DNA of 64,000 bases from Candidatus Pacearchaeota archaeon. Its GTDB lineage: Archaea > Nanobdellota > Nanobdellia > Pacearchaeales > JAPDKA01. The translations under genes and the position numbers were made by a program. Shown here in pieces: positions 53,455-62,907 of this stretch; position 1 is the stretch's first letter, and each line of letters opens with the position of its first letter. The notes beneath the pieces are model-generated. The model searched no databases, had not been told where the DNA came from, and saw nothing but the letters and a program-made list of their open reading frames with translations. The stretch covers positions 44,948 through 108,947 of the forward strand of contig JAWAZI010000001.1 of NCBI GenBank assembly GCA_038817835.1. The letters run 5' to 3'.

Positions 53455-54098
53455 TTTTCTAAAGCCATTCTAAATGTTTCAACATGCTTTTCTTTACTTA
53501 TTTTTTCTTTTTTAGTTTCAACAATTTTTTTAATTTCTTCTTTTTCTTTTTTAATTTCTTTTTCAATTTCCTCTTTCTTTTTTTCTTCTTCTTTAACCTC
53601 TTTAACTTTTGCTTTCTCCTCTTTTTTTCTTAATTTTTCTTCATATTCTTTTCTTTCTTCTTTTCTTTTTTTAATTATTTCTTCAGCTTCTTTCAAAAAT
53701 TTATCAATATCAATATTAGTTTTTATATCTAATTCTTTTGCTTTTTTTAAGATTTCAATTTTTTTCTTTAATCCAAGATTTCCAGAAATAATTGCTATTT
53801 CTCTATCTTTATTTATTTTATATAAATCATCTATCTTATAAATATGAATTGGAAATAATCCTTTAATACTATGTTTTACTTCTTTTGGACTTCCATATCC
53901 AACTTCTGGTCTTTTTGGTTTTCCTTTTCTTCTTTCTCTAATTTTATTATGTCTACCTTTAGGTCTCCTCCATTTTTGCTTTTTTTTCCTTCTTCTGCCT
54001 AATCTTGACTTTTTATACCAATCAGTTCTCAAATAATTTGGTTTCCTTTTTTTCTTTTTTATCCTTTCTTCCAATTTTTCCAATATTTTTTCATCCAT
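53451..54098 (-). CDS. rpl32e: ribosomal protein eL32 with ~85-aa KE-rich C-terminal extension
   Basis: WRRPKGRHNKIRERRKGKPKRPEVGYGSPKEV. Start set to ATG 54098 (MDEKIL), directly after the L6 stop. The track ORF extends to 54134. Confidence 0.88.
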   Translation of the reverse strand: MDEKILEKLEERIKKKKRKPNYLRTDWYKKSRLGRRRKKKQKWRRPKGRHNKIRERRKGKPKRPEVGYGSPKEVKHSIKGLFPIHIYKIDDLYKINKDREIAIISGNLGLKKKIEILKKAKELDIKTNIDIDKFLKEAEEIIKKRKEERKEYEEKLRKKEEKAKVKEVKEEEKKKEEIEKEIKKEKEEIKKIVETKKEKISKEKHVETFRMALEK

Positions 54099-54100
54099 TT

Positions 54101-54667
54101 TTATATTGGTTTGTTTGCTTTTTCTATAATCCAAATACCATCTTGAAATATTCTTCTATCTCTATTTGTTATCCTTGTTGCTCCCTCAATTAATGCTGCT
54201 TGTCTTCCAGCTAATTCCTTATCACAACTTAAAACTTGAATTATGTTTCCTTTTATTTCAACATCAACTCCATCAAGAAGTTTAACTACTCTAGGTTTAT
54301 TTTCTCCAAAGAAATTTTTTATTATTATCTGTTTTTTATTTTTATCAATAGAAACAGAAATTGGAAAATGGCTATAGCATATCTCTAATTTATAACTCCA
54401 TGGATTAGATAAACCAATAATCATATTCTTTATATGGCTCTTTATAGTTTTTATAATTCTTTTCTCTTTTCGTGTAGCTTTATTTGATTCAATAACTAAA
54501 AAATTTTCATCTTTCCTAATAATTATTTTTTTACCAACTTTAAATTGTCTTGTTAAACTTTTATCTTTAAAAGAAATTTTTATAACATAAAATAATCCTG
54601 AACTTCTATCTATATTAATTTCATATCCGTCTGGTATTTCAATTTTTTCTATAATATCTTTTTTCAT
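54101..54667 (-). CDS. rpl6: ribosomal protein uL6
   Basis: IEIPDGYEINID...WSYKLEICYSHFPI...ITNRDRRIFQDGIWI. Confidence 0.92.
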   Translation of the reverse strand: MKKDIIEKIEIPDGYEINIDRSSGLFYVIKISFKDKSLTRQFKVGKKIIIRKDENFLVIESNKATRKEKRIIKTIKSHIKNMIIGLSNPWSYKLEICYSHFPISVSIDKNKKQIIIKNFFGENKPRVVKLLDGVDVEIKGNIIQVLSCDKELAGRQAALIEGATRITNRDRRIFQDGIWIIEKANKPI

Positions 54668-54708
54668 TTTATTAGGAAAAAATTATTATTTTTAAATTTT
54701 GCTTAAAA

Positions 54709-55110
54709 TTAGTAACAATAAGCAATCAAAACTCCTCCCAAACCTTTCTCGATTGCTTCACTATGTGTCATCAAACCTTGATTAGTTGAAATTATCAATA
54801 TACCAATATTTCTAGCTGGTAAATATCTTTGCATATATTTATCATAAAATTTTTTTCTTACAACATATCTTGGTTTTATAGCTTTACATTCATGTATATT
54901 TCCCAATTTTACTTTAACTTTTCTAGCATTTTTTTCTTTACTAATTTCATAACTTTCAATATAGCCATGTTTTTTCATTATTTCAAAAACATTAAGCATT
55001 AAATTGTTTACAGGCCATATTTCAGTTTCTTTTTTTCCAACTCTTAAGCAGTTCATAAAATGATTCAATGCATTACTTAACCAATCTCTAACTACCATTT
55101 TAACTCCCAT
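54709..55110 (-). CDS. rps8: ribosomal protein uS8
   Basis: [31 protein letters not shown]. An alternative start at 55098 avoids the overlap with S14. Confidence 0.92.
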   Translation of the reverse strand: MGVKMVVRDWLSNALNHFMNCLRVGKKETEIWPVNNLMLNVFEIMKKHGYIESYEISKEKNARKVKVKLGNIHECKAIKPRYVVRKKFYDKYMQRYLPARNIGILIISTNQGLMTHSEAIEKGLGGVLIAYCY

Positions 55111-55333
55111 ACTTTCTAAATCCTAATTCATAAGCAATTTCTCTAAAGCATTGTCTGCATAAACCAATCCCATATTTTTTTATATGTCCCCCAAATCTTC
55201 CACATCTTTTACATTTATAAGCAGCTACTCCAAATTTTCTATCTTTTGGCTTATTATATTTATAAAACCTTCTAAGTAATTGTGGTTTTGCACTCAATTG
55301 TTTCAGCATTTTTCTCCAATCACTTGCTGTCAT
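55100..55333 (-). CDS. rps14: ribosomal protein uS14 (zinc-ribbon type)
   Basis: [25 protein letters not shown]. Confidence 0.9.
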   Translation of the reverse strand: MTASDWRKMLKQLSAKPQLLRRFYKYNKPKDRKFGVAAYKCKRCGRFGGHIKKYGIGLCRQCFREIAYELGFRKYGS

Positions 55334-55368
55334 ATAAATATAAAAAATATTAAGTTTAAAAATTTAAA

Positions 55369-55887
55369 TTAAACAAATTTTACACCAAAATTTTTTTCCA
55401 TAAATTCTATAGCTTCTTGAGTTGTTACTTGTTGCCTTTTACCAATTTTACTTTTACATCTCTTTCTATAAATAACTCTCTTTCCTTTCTTCGCTAAAAC
55501 AACTGAAACATCAAAACCAAGTATACCTATGTCTCTCCTATAGTCTATACCTGGCAAAGTAATATATTCCTTAATACCAAAATTTATAACACCTTTATCA
55601 ACTTGCTTTTTGCTTAATTGATGCTTTACTCCTGCAAGTAAAATTTTTAATATCTCTATTGCATGTTTTTTTCTTAATGTAACTTTATAGCCTATAGGTA
55701 ATCCTCTTCTAATTTTAAATGCTTGAATTCTTTTTTTAGCTTTAGTTAGTACAGGTTTTCTTTTTGTTATATATTCCAAAAGTTTTCTATATTTCTCCAA
55801 TTTTTCTTGATCACTTGTTGTTGCATGTAAAACAACTTTCTCAACAAAAATTTGTTGCATAGGATTAGCATTAGGCATTTTTATCAA
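55369..55887 (-). CDS. rpl5: ribosomal protein uL5
   Basis: NPMQQIFVEKVVLH...RRGLPIGYKVTLR...DIGILGFDVSVVL. Confidence 0.92.
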   Translation of the reverse strand: MIKMPNANPMQQIFVEKVVLHATTSDQEKLEKYRKLLEYITKRKPVLTKAKKRIQAFKIRRGLPIGYKVTLRKKHAIEILKILLAGVKHQLSKKQVDKGVINFGIKEYITLPGIDYRRDIGILGFDVSVVLAKKGKRVIYRKRCKSKIGKRQQVTTQEAIEFMEKNFGVKFV

Positions 55888-56572
55888 TTAATTCTTTATT
55901 TTTTTCATCAATAACAAAAATACAATCTAATAATGTTTCTATTTGTTTTTTATCAATTTCTATTATAGCAAAACTTCTATTACCTTTAATTATTTTCTCT
56001 ATAAATTTACCAGTATAGCCTACATGCTTTCCTTTTATTATATAAACAAAAGAATTTTTCTTTAAAGGAATATGCTTAATTATTTTTTTATTTTCTATAT
56101 CAAATAATACTGAATCTCCAACTTTTAGTTCATTGTCAGCAAACATAGTTCTACCATCATGAAATGTTACTTGAATTCTTGCTTTTTTTAACATTTTTTT
56201 ATTTTTTATTTTTAAAGGTTTAATATTTGCAATTTCTTTTGGTAATTCGATCAATTTTAATTTATTTTTTTTATTTAAAATTAATGTATAATATTTATCT
56301 ATCTTAGGTAAATATAATCTATCAAATAAACCTAAAGCATCTTTATAGCTTTTTACTCTTCTTCCATCAATCCTTATTTCATTATTTGCAATTAATTTTT
56401 TTGTTTCTCTCGTATTTGTAGCAATTTTTAATATATCTCTAAAAATTATATTAATTGGTAAACAAAATTCAAGAGGATGACCACAAGGATATGGCCTAGT
56501 TATCCAAACATTTTTCTTTCTTTCAATAGGCCAAGTTTTTGGCATTGCTAATGTTTTTAAATGCCTTGTCAT
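55871..56572 (-). CDS. rps4e: ribosomal protein eS4
   Basis: MTRHLKTLAMPKTWPIERKK...IRIDGRRVKSYKDALGLFD. Confidence 0.93.
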   Translation of the reverse strand: MTRHLKTLAMPKTWPIERKKNVWITRPYPCGHPLEFCLPINIIFRDILKIATNTRETKKLIANNEIRIDGRRVKSYKDALGLFDRLYLPKIDKYYTLILNKKNKLKLIELPKEIANIKPLKIKNKKMLKKARIQVTFHDGRTMFADNELKVGDSVLFDIENKKIIKHIPLKKNSFVYIIKGKHVGYTGKFIEKIIKGNRSFAIIEIDKKQIETLLDCIFVIDEKNKELIDKNA

Positions 56573-56573
56573 T

Positions 56574-56963
56574 TTAAGTTTTTTTTCTTCTTTCTATTAT
56601 TTCTAATCTTTTTTTATCATCGAGATTAAGCTCAACAACTTGTAATTTACTAGCATCAAATGGAACTAAAACATTAACACCACTTTGTTTTTTTATATTT
56701 ATTCCTTCTAAATAAACTTTTAATTTTTTTAAATCTATCTTAATAACTTTTGCAATTTTTCCTTTAAATTTTCCCCGCATTATTTTTACAACATCACCTT
56801 TTCTTAATGGAATACTTCTAAAACCATATTTTTTTCTTAATTCTCTGCTAAGATTTGAAGATAAAAATTTATGCCTTATATGAAGTGGGGCATTAAATCT
56901 ATATTTTCTCTGTTTTTTTGGATTTTTACTAGATTTCCAATGTTTACTCCACTTTTTAGCCAT
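56574..56963 (-). CDS. rpl24: ribosomal protein uL24
   Basis: KOW block PLRKGDVVKIMRGKFKGKIAKV. Confidence 0.92.
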   Translation of the reverse strand: MAKKWSKHWKSSKNPKKQRKYRFNAPLHIRHKFLSSNLSRELRKKYGFRSIPLRKGDVVKIMRGKFKGKIAKVIKIDLKKLKVYLEGINIKKQSGVNVLVPFDASKLQVVELNLDDKKRLEIIERRKKT

Positions 56964-56964
56964 T

Positions 56965-57372
56965 TTATATTATAATGCTAGCAATTTTAGCTACAAATGG
57001 CCATCTTTCTGCAACTTCTTTTGCAATAGGCCCTTTTATTAAAGTCCCCATAGGATTTCCTTTATCATCTTTAAGTAAAACACAAGCATTATCTTCAAAA
57101 GCTATTCTCTCTCCAGTAAGCCTTCTATATGGCATTCTTTGCCTTATTATTACTGCCCAATGTGTTTGTTTCTTTAATTCTAAATTTCCAACTCTAACAC
57201 TAACCCTAACTAAATCGGCAACTCCACAGCTTACTTGTCTTTTTCTTCTAGTTTTTCCTCTTCCTCCCTTAACAGCTACAATTCTTACTTTCTTTGCTCC
57301 ACTATTATCTGCTACATCAATCAAACTTCCAATATGTAAGCCTTTTGTTATTCTTGCTTTTACAGGCATCAT
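56965..57372 (-). CDS. rpl14: ribosomal protein uL14
   Basis: GSLIDVADNSGAKKVRIVAVKG...NACVLLKDDKGNPMGT. Confidence 0.95.
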   Translation of the reverse strand: MMPVKARITKGLHIGSLIDVADNSGAKKVRIVAVKGGRGKTRRKRQVSCGVADLVRVSVRVGNLELKKQTHWAVIIRQRMPYRRLTGERIAFEDNACVLLKDDKGNPMGTLIKGPIAKEVAERWPFVAKIASIII

Positions 57373-57713
57373 TTTATTTTTCTAATTAGTACATGATGTA
57401 TCATTTTACTTATAGGTCTTGTTTCTCCTATCTCAACTTTATCACCAATATTAACTTTATTTATCATACAATCTGGAAGATGAGCATGAATCCTAGTAAA
57501 CCTTTTTAAATATCCTTCATATTTTTTCAAATAAATATAACGTTCAAATTCTATTGTAATTTTTTTCTGTTTTATATTTTTTCTTTTTATTATCCCTATA
57601 AATTTTCTACCTCTAATTTTTATATCTCCATGAAATGGACAATTTCTATCTTTGCATGCTTCTTGATTTTGTTCTTTTTCTATTTCATGATTTTCTTTTT
57701 TTTCTTTAGCCAT
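57369..57713 (-). CDS. rps17: ribosomal protein uS17
   Basis: CPFHGDIKIRGRKFIGIIKRK...GDKVEIGETRPISK. Confidence 0.92.
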   Translation of the reverse strand: MAKEKKENHEIEKEQNQEACKDRNCPFHGDIKIRGRKFIGIIKRKNIKQKKITIEFERYIYLKKYEGYLKRFTRIHAHLPDCMINKVNIGDKVEIGETRPISKMIHHVLIRKIK

Positions 57714-57762
57714 ATTTTTCTTATAAATTTAAATTTTTAAATTTTTAGAAAAAACAAAAAAT

Positions 57763-58035
57763 CTATCTTTTTATTCTTTTCTCTATTCTTCCAACAAGTT
57801 TTTTTCCTTCTATTAAAACTTTATATTTATCAATATAAACAATAAACCAACAATCTTTTTTTATTATTTTTTTCTCTCCTTTCTCTGTAGAAATAATTAA
57901 TATATTAGCTCTATCCTCAACACATTTTCCTTTAATACCTATATTATATTTATTTTTAGAATAAAAAACTTCAACAATTTTTCCTACTAATGTTTGTTTT
58001 ACTATCTGAGAAATTTCTTTTAAATTTTTTTCCAT
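57763..58035 (-). CDS. rnp1: RNase P protein component 1 (Rpp29/Pop4-like)
   Basis: Sm-like pattern LVGKIVEVFYSKNKYNIGIKGKCVEDRANILIIST. Conserved archaeal position between SUI1/L29 and S17. Confidence 0.7.
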   Translation of the reverse strand: MEKNLKEISQIVKQTLVGKIVEVFYSKNKYNIGIKGKCVEDRANILIISTEKGEKKIIKKDCWFIVYIDKYKVLIEGKKLVGRIEKRIKR

Positions 58036-58041
58036 TTTTTA

Positions 58042-58350
58042 TTATTCTATTATTTCTATAAGTTCTTTATTAAACCCTTGTTTTATAAGTTCTTCTTTTA
58101 CTTCTTTTATATGATCCCCTTGAAGTTCTATAGCATTATTTTTAACAGTTCCTCCACAAGCAAGTTTTTGTTTTAATATTTTCGCTAATTGTTTTATATC
58201 TATATCTTGTAACCCATAGATTAAAGTTACCTTTTTCCCGAAACTTCTTTTCTCAGTTTTTATTGTTATTTTTTGTTTTTCTTTTGCTATTGCCTCACAA
58301 ACGCAAGCAGCTTTAGGTAATCCACATTTAGGACAAATTTCCATATTCAA
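58042..58350 (-). CDS. sui1: translation initiation factor aSUI1 (eIF1 homolog)
   Basis: N-terminal Zn knuckle CPKCGLPKAACVC, then KRSFGKKVTLIYGL...KLACGGTVKNNAIELQGDH. Confidence 0.9.
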   Translation of the reverse strand: MNMEICPKCGLPKAACVCEAIAKEKQKITIKTEKRSFGKKVTLIYGLQDIDIKQLAKILKQKLACGGTVKNNAIELQGDHIKEVKEELIKQGFNKELIEIIE

Positions 58351-58550
58351 ATTTTATATTTATATTTCAAATTAAGTATTGTTTTAATTCTTGCAATTGT
58401 TCTTTTTATTTCTCTTGTTTTTATTTTTACACCTTGACCAACCTGTTTAATATTCCTTTGTTTTATTAATTCTAATTCTAAATCTCTAAGTTTTTTTAAT
58501 AATTCTTCCTTACTTAGCATTGATAACTCTTTTTTTCTTATTATAGCCAT
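58347..58550 (-). CDS. rpl29: ribosomal protein uL29
   Basis: KELSMLSKEELLKKLRDLELELIKQR. Confidence 0.9.
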   Translation of the reverse strand: MAIIRKKELSMLSKEELLKKLRDLELELIKQRNIKQVGQGVKIKTREIKRTIARIKTILNLKYKYKI

Positions 58551-58553
58551 ATT

Positions 58554-59153
58554 TTATTCTGTTTTTTCTTTTATTTCAATTTTATCTGGCAAAATTGAAA
58601 ATGGCTTTATAATTCTAACTTTTATTCCAACATATCCAGGAATTGTTAATGCTTCCGTTTTTGCATAATCAACTATTTGTTCTCTATATGCACCACTCTT
58701 AATTAAATTTCCAAAACTAAAAAGCCAACTTCTTGCTCTTTCACTTGGTAGTTTTCCAGTAAGTCTTATTTCTGCACCAATCGCACCAGCTTCTTTTATT
58801 TTATCTAATGCTCTATAAGCAACAACCTTAAATGATAATGGACCAAATTTCTCTATAGATTTTTTTATATATTCAGCAACACTTGCAGCATCAAGAAACA
58901 TATTATCAATAGGCTGAACTTCTATTTGTGGATTATCTAAACCAAATTGTTTTTTTAATATTTCAATAATTTTATCAATATTTTCTCCTCGAGAACCAAA
59001 TATTAAATGTGGTTTACAACTTTTTATAATAATTTTTTCACCTAATGGAGTTCTCTCAACTTTTACAGAACTTACATAATCAAAATTCTTTTTAAGATAT
59101 TCTCTAATCTCAAATTCTTGCTTCTTCAAGTTTATAAATTTTTTCTCTATCAT
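58554..59153 (-). CDS. rps3: ribosomal protein uS3
   Basis: KH domain ERTPLGEKIIIKSCKPHLIFGSRGENI; GAIGAEIRLTGKL. Confidence 0.93.
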   Translation of the reverse strand: MIEKKFINLKKQEFEIREYLKKNFDYVSSVKVERTPLGEKIIIKSCKPHLIFGSRGENIDKIIEILKKQFGLDNPQIEVQPIDNMFLDAASVAEYIKKSIEKFGPLSFKVVAYRALDKIKEAGAIGAEIRLTGKLPSERARSWLFSFGNLIKSGAYREQIVDYAKTEALTIPGYVGIKVRIIKPFSILPDKIEIKEKTE

Positions 59154-59569
59154 TTTTCCTTCTCTTTTATTTCTATATATAAATGAGTTCTTTTAAATTT
59201 TCTTCCAAAAAATCTACCAGGCCTAAAAATTGTTTCACCTTTGTTAGCTTGAGCTTTACTTATATAGATTTTATTTTCATCTAAACCAATTTGAGTTGCA
59301 TTTGCAATAGCTTGTTTCAAAATTTTTATAAAATATTTAGCTGCTTTTACAGGATATCTTCCTTGAGCATGTTTAGTTAATCTATGCTTTTTCTTTCTAT
59401 GAGGAATTTCTCCTTTTAGAGGGATAGCTTTTTTTAGAGCAATAACTTCTTCCATTAGTTTTATAGCTTCTTTTGGATGTTTTCCTTTTATTATTCTACA
59501 TATAGCAACAGCTTTCTTGGTTGATATAGGTAAATTAAAACCTTTAGCAACAGCGAATTTGTTTTCCAT
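59150..59569 (-). CDS. rpl22: ribosomal protein uL22
   Basis: PISTKKAVAICRIIKGK...RPGRFFGRKFKRTHLYIEI. Confidence 0.92.
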   Translation of the reverse strand: MENKFAVAKGFNLPISTKKAVAICRIIKGKHPKEAIKLMEEVIALKKAIPLKGEIPHRKKKHRLTKHAQGRYPVKAAKYFIKILKQAIANATQIGLDENKIYISKAQANKGETIFRPGRFFGRKFKRTHLYIEIKEKEK

Positions 59570-59570
59570 T

Positions 59571-59981
59571 TTATTTTACAGATAAAAATGCAGAACTTTT
59601 TGTTGCTCCAACACCAGGAGCACTATGTTTTACAGGTTTTCTTGTTAAGGCAAATTCTCCAAGTCTATGACCAACCATATCTTCACTAATTTTAACAGCT
59701 TCAAAACTTTTTCCATTATGAACATATATTGTTAATCCGATCATCTGTGGTACTATAACGGCGTCTCTCCAATGGGTTTTTATTGGTTTATTTTTCTCAA
59801 GTTTTTTCTTGATCCTTTTTAAAAAATTTTCATATTTATCTAATTGCCTTAAAATACTTCTTCTTTCTCTACTTTTTACAAGCATAGCAAACTCTTTTAA
59901 GCTGAGAGCTTTTAATTCATCAATAGTTTTACCTCTAAATTTAAAAGTTATTGCCTCGATTTTTTCAATTTTCTCTCTCAT
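59571..59981 (-). CDS. rps19: ribosomal protein uS19
   Basis: [39 protein letters not shown]. Confidence 0.93.
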   Translation of the reverse strand: MREKIEKIEAITFKFRGKTIDELKALSLKEFAMLVKSRERRSILRQLDKYENFLKRIKKKLEKNKPIKTHWRDAVIVPQMIGLTIYVHNGKSFEAVKISEDMVGHRLGEFALTRKPVKHSAPGVGATKSSAFLSVK

Positions 59982-59982
59982 T

Positions 59983-60675
59983 TTATTTTTTTCTTCCTGT
60001 TCTTTTTGGTCTTATTAAACCAACCTTTGCTCCTGGAGGAGCATTCCAATGTGCAATTTTACTTTTTATATGTTTTCCTCTACCAGATCCAAAAGGATGA
60101 TTTACAGCATTCATTTTTACTGCACTAGTCCTTGGATAAAGTTTATTTAAAGCTTTCATTTTATGCCATTTTGCTCCTGCTTTTACAAATGGTTTTTCAA
60201 TTCTGCCAATTCCTGCAGGAACTCCAATTGTTGCCCTACAACTAGCAAGTAAAATTTTTTCTTTTTTACTAGGTAATTCTATTATAACTTTATCTTCTAA
60301 TTTTTTCTTTATTCTTGCATAACTAGCTCTACAAAGTTTTCCTCCATCAAAAGGTTTTATTTCTATATTAAAAATTTCAGTTCCAACAGGAATTTTTGAT
60401 AATGGCAAAATATTGCCAATAGCTATATCAGCATTTTCTCCTATTCCTATTTTTTGTCCTTTATAAACATAAAGAGGAGCAACATTATAAAATATTTCTC
60501 CATTAGCTTTTATTTTTATTAAAGGAGTATGATGGGCAACATTATGAATTATATCAACTATTTCTCCTTCTCCTTGAATATTTGGATAACTAACTTTGAT
60601 AGAAAATGCTTTTTTTCTTACTTTATATGTTGGACTACCTTTTCCTCTTCTTTGTTGGATTATTCGCTTTCCCAT
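59983..60675 (-). CDS. rpl2: ribosomal protein uL2
   Basis: [23 protein letters not shown]...[15 protein letters not shown]. Confidence 0.95.
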   Translation of the reverse strand: MGKRIIQQRRGKGSPTYKVRKKAFSIKVSYPNIQGEGEIVDIIHNVAHHTPLIKIKANGEIFYNVAPLYVYKGQKIGIGENADIAIGNILPLSKIPVGTEIFNIEIKPFDGGKLCRASYARIKKKLEDKVIIELPSKKEKILLASCRATIGVPAGIGRIEKPFVKAGAKWHKMKALNKLYPRTSAVKMNAVNHPFGSGRGKHIKSKIAHWNAPPGAKVGLIRPKRTGRKK

Positions 60676-60724
60676 TTTATTCTTAATTTCTAAATTTTTT
60701 AAATCTTTTCTTAATAAAAGAAAT

Positions 60725-60973
60725 TTATATTAATCCAATTTTACTTGCTATCTCACTAGCTTTATATTCTGGCTTTAACTTAATATAAGCAATTTTTTTA
60801 CCTCTTGAATTTATTAATGTATTAACTTTTTCAACTTTTACATTAAATATTTCTTCAAATTCTTTTTTTATTTGTTGTTTATTTGCTTCTCTTGCTACCT
60901 CAAACAAAATTTTATTTTCAGTTTCAACAAGTTTTAAAGCTTTCTCACTAATAATTGGTCTTTTTAATATCAT
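60725..60973 (-). CDS. rpl23: ribosomal protein uL23
   Basis: [21 protein letters not shown]...[10 protein letters not shown]. Confidence 0.92.
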   Translation of the reverse strand: MILKRPIISEKALKLVETENKILFEVAREANKQQIKKEFEEIFNVKVEKVNTLINSRGKKIAYIKLKPEYKASEIASKIGLI

Positions 60974-61845
60974 TTTAAAAATTCCAAATTTATATTTAAT
61001 TTTTCAGCACTTTTTCTTATTCTCTCATCAAGCTCTTTTAATCCATTAATTGTAAAAGCAGTTAATCTTGCTGGTTTATTGCCTATTGCTAAATGCTTTA
61101 CAGAAACTCTATTAGCATCAACAACATCAATTGCCAAAGTTTTGAAATTTATATTTTCATCTTTAGATTTTATAAGTAATAAACCTGCTGATTTTTTATA
61201 ATATCTTCCTCTCCTTTTTCCTTTTCCAGCTCTAATTTTCTTCTCTTTAAATATTACTTCCTCAACTTGAGAAAAAATTTTCTTTAATGCATTTTTTAAA
61301 TCTTTAACTTTTTTTAATTTTTCAATCCCATCTATAATTACTGGAAAACTCAAATCTACATTTTTTCCTTTGAGTTTTTCATATCTATTTAAAACAAAAT
61401 TTTTGTTTGCTATAGCTGTCAAAGCATAAAGTAAAGCTAAAAATTTTTCTTTTTTATTAATTTTTCTTTCTCTTCTAATAGGCCTTGGTGGATGAGCTCT
61501 ATGGCCGCCTCTTGCACTAGGAACAAACGCTCCAACCCAATAAAATCCTTGTGGTTTTCTTCTAAGCAATATTTTTCTTGGAACTCTACTTATTCCTCTT
61601 CCATAAGCAGTTCTATAGCGTCTTCTCGCATGTCTAACTTTACCACTAGCACTTGTTTCCTTTCCTGCTAAAATATAGCTTCCATATTTATGTTTTGCAT
61701 TCAATTTTAATGCTTCATATACTTTACTTATAATATCTTCCCTATATTGTAAATCGAAATATATAGGCAAATCTATTTGATTAATAACATTGCCATTAAC
61801 ATCATAAACATTAACTTTTTTACTCATATTATTTTTGAATATCAT
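60970..61845 (-). CDS. rpl4: ribosomal protein uL4
   Basis: [26 protein letters not shown]...[10 protein letters not shown]. An alternative start MSKKVNV at 61827 removes the overlap with L3. Confidence 0.92.
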   Translation of the reverse strand: MIFKNNMSKKVNVYDVNGNVINQIDLPIYFDLQYREDIISKVYEALKLNAKHKYGSYILAGKETSASGKVRHARRRYRTAYGRGISRVPRKILLRRKPQGFYWVGAFVPSARGGHRAHPPRPIRRERKINKKEKFLALLYALTAIANKNFVLNRYEKLKGKNVDLSFPVIIDGIEKLKKVKDLKNALKKIFSQVEEVIFKEKKIRAGKGKRRGRYYKKSAGLLLIKSKDENINFKTLAIDVVDANRVSVKHLAIGNKPARLTAFTINGLKELDERIRKSAEKLNINLEFLK

Positions 61846-62833
61846 AATTTAATTTTATTAAGCTATAATCTTGCCTCAATACTTTTTTAGATTCTCTTAA
61901 TGGGAATGTTATAAATAATGGTCTCTTTGATGGACCAATTACACTACCTTTAAGCATAATAAAATCTCCATCTATAAAACCATAATGCAAAAATCCTCCT
62001 TTTTTATTTATATTTTTTTCTTTAGAGTTTCCGAAATCAACAATATATTTATTATATTCTACTCTTGTAAAATATCCTAATTGTCCAGCCATAGGAACCC
62101 TAAATGAAACTTTTGAAGGGTTCCAAGGTCCAAGGCTTCCTGGTCTTCTAACTCCTTTCTCGCTTTTATGTTGTTTTCTCTTTATACCAAAACGTTTTAT
62201 AGGGCCTGAAGTACCTTTTCCTTTAGTAACTCCTCTAACATCTACTAACTTTATTGAATTAAATATAGTTTTAGGATCTATATCTTTATCTAAATTATTC
62301 TTAATCCATTCTATCTGCTGATCAATATTTCCTCCTAAAGCAATCTCAACAATATCCGGAGTTTTTTTTAATTTTATTAATTTAGGTTTTGTATAAACAA
62401 TAATTCTAATTTTATCTGCTTCTTTTGCTTTTTCTTCTATTTCTTTTATTATTTCTTCTTTACTTTTTTCTTTTTTGCTTGCTTTAACTTTTCTTTTTAA
62501 CCATTTATAATCTTTAAAGGCCAAATTATTAATTACTTCTCCTATACATTTATTATCTTTATAAAATCTAACTGATAAAATTCTTTGAGGAGGCAATTCA
62601 ATTATTGTTACAGGTAAAAAAATTTCTTGATTATAAGTTAAACTTTTATCATAATTATCTTTAACTATTACACTCTCCATTCCTACTTTATAGCCAATAA
62701 TTCCGAGTGGCCCTATAAAATTTTTATATTTTTCTTCTAATGGTTTCCAATTTACTTTAGGCAAAATTTTTTTTGCTCTTTTTCTAGGCCAAAATTGCAA
62801 ACTTCCTGCACGTGGTTTACTTTCTTTTGGCAT
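61829..62833 (-). CDS. rpl3: ribosomal protein uL3
   Basis: PRAGSLQFWPRKRA...GYKVGM...VTKGKGTSGPIKRFG...FRVPMAGQLGYFTRVEYNK. First gene of the operon. Confidence 0.95.
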   Translation of the reverse strand: MPKESKPRAGSLQFWPRKRAKKILPKVNWKPLEEKYKNFIGPLGIIGYKVGMESVIVKDNYDKSLTYNQEIFLPVTIIELPPQRILSVRFYKDNKCIGEVINNLAFKDYKWLKRKVKASKKEKSKEEIIKEIEEKAKEADKIRIIVYTKPKLIKLKKTPDIVEIALGGNIDQQIEWIKNNLDKDIDPKTIFNSIKLVDVRGVTKGKGTSGPIKRFGIKRKQHKSEKGVRRPGSLGPWNPSKVSFRVPMAGQLGYFTRVEYNKYIVDFGNSKEKNINKKGGFLHYGFIDGDFIMLKGSVIGPSKRPLFITFPLRESKKVLRQDYSLIKLNYDIQK

Positions 62834-62907
62834 TCTTTTAAAATTAATTTATATTTATAAAATTTTTTGATTAAAAAATAAATTTTCAAATAAAAAAATA
62901 AAAAATA

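Noticed and set aside
53460-53720. Periodic aaagaaaaa / ttcttttt runs here, and in other KE-rich genes, that superficially resemble short tandem repeats or a degenerate CRISPR-like array.
   Set aside because: They are in-frame Lys/Glu codon runs inside ORFs (the eL32 tail, coiled-coil proteins). There are no conserved repeat-spacer units of fixed length.
57763-58035. Whether the presence of Rpp29 is noteworthy, given that some nanoarchaea lack RNase P.
   Set aside because: The gene sits in its standard archaeal operon position. A single protein subunit says little without the RNA component, which is not in the window.
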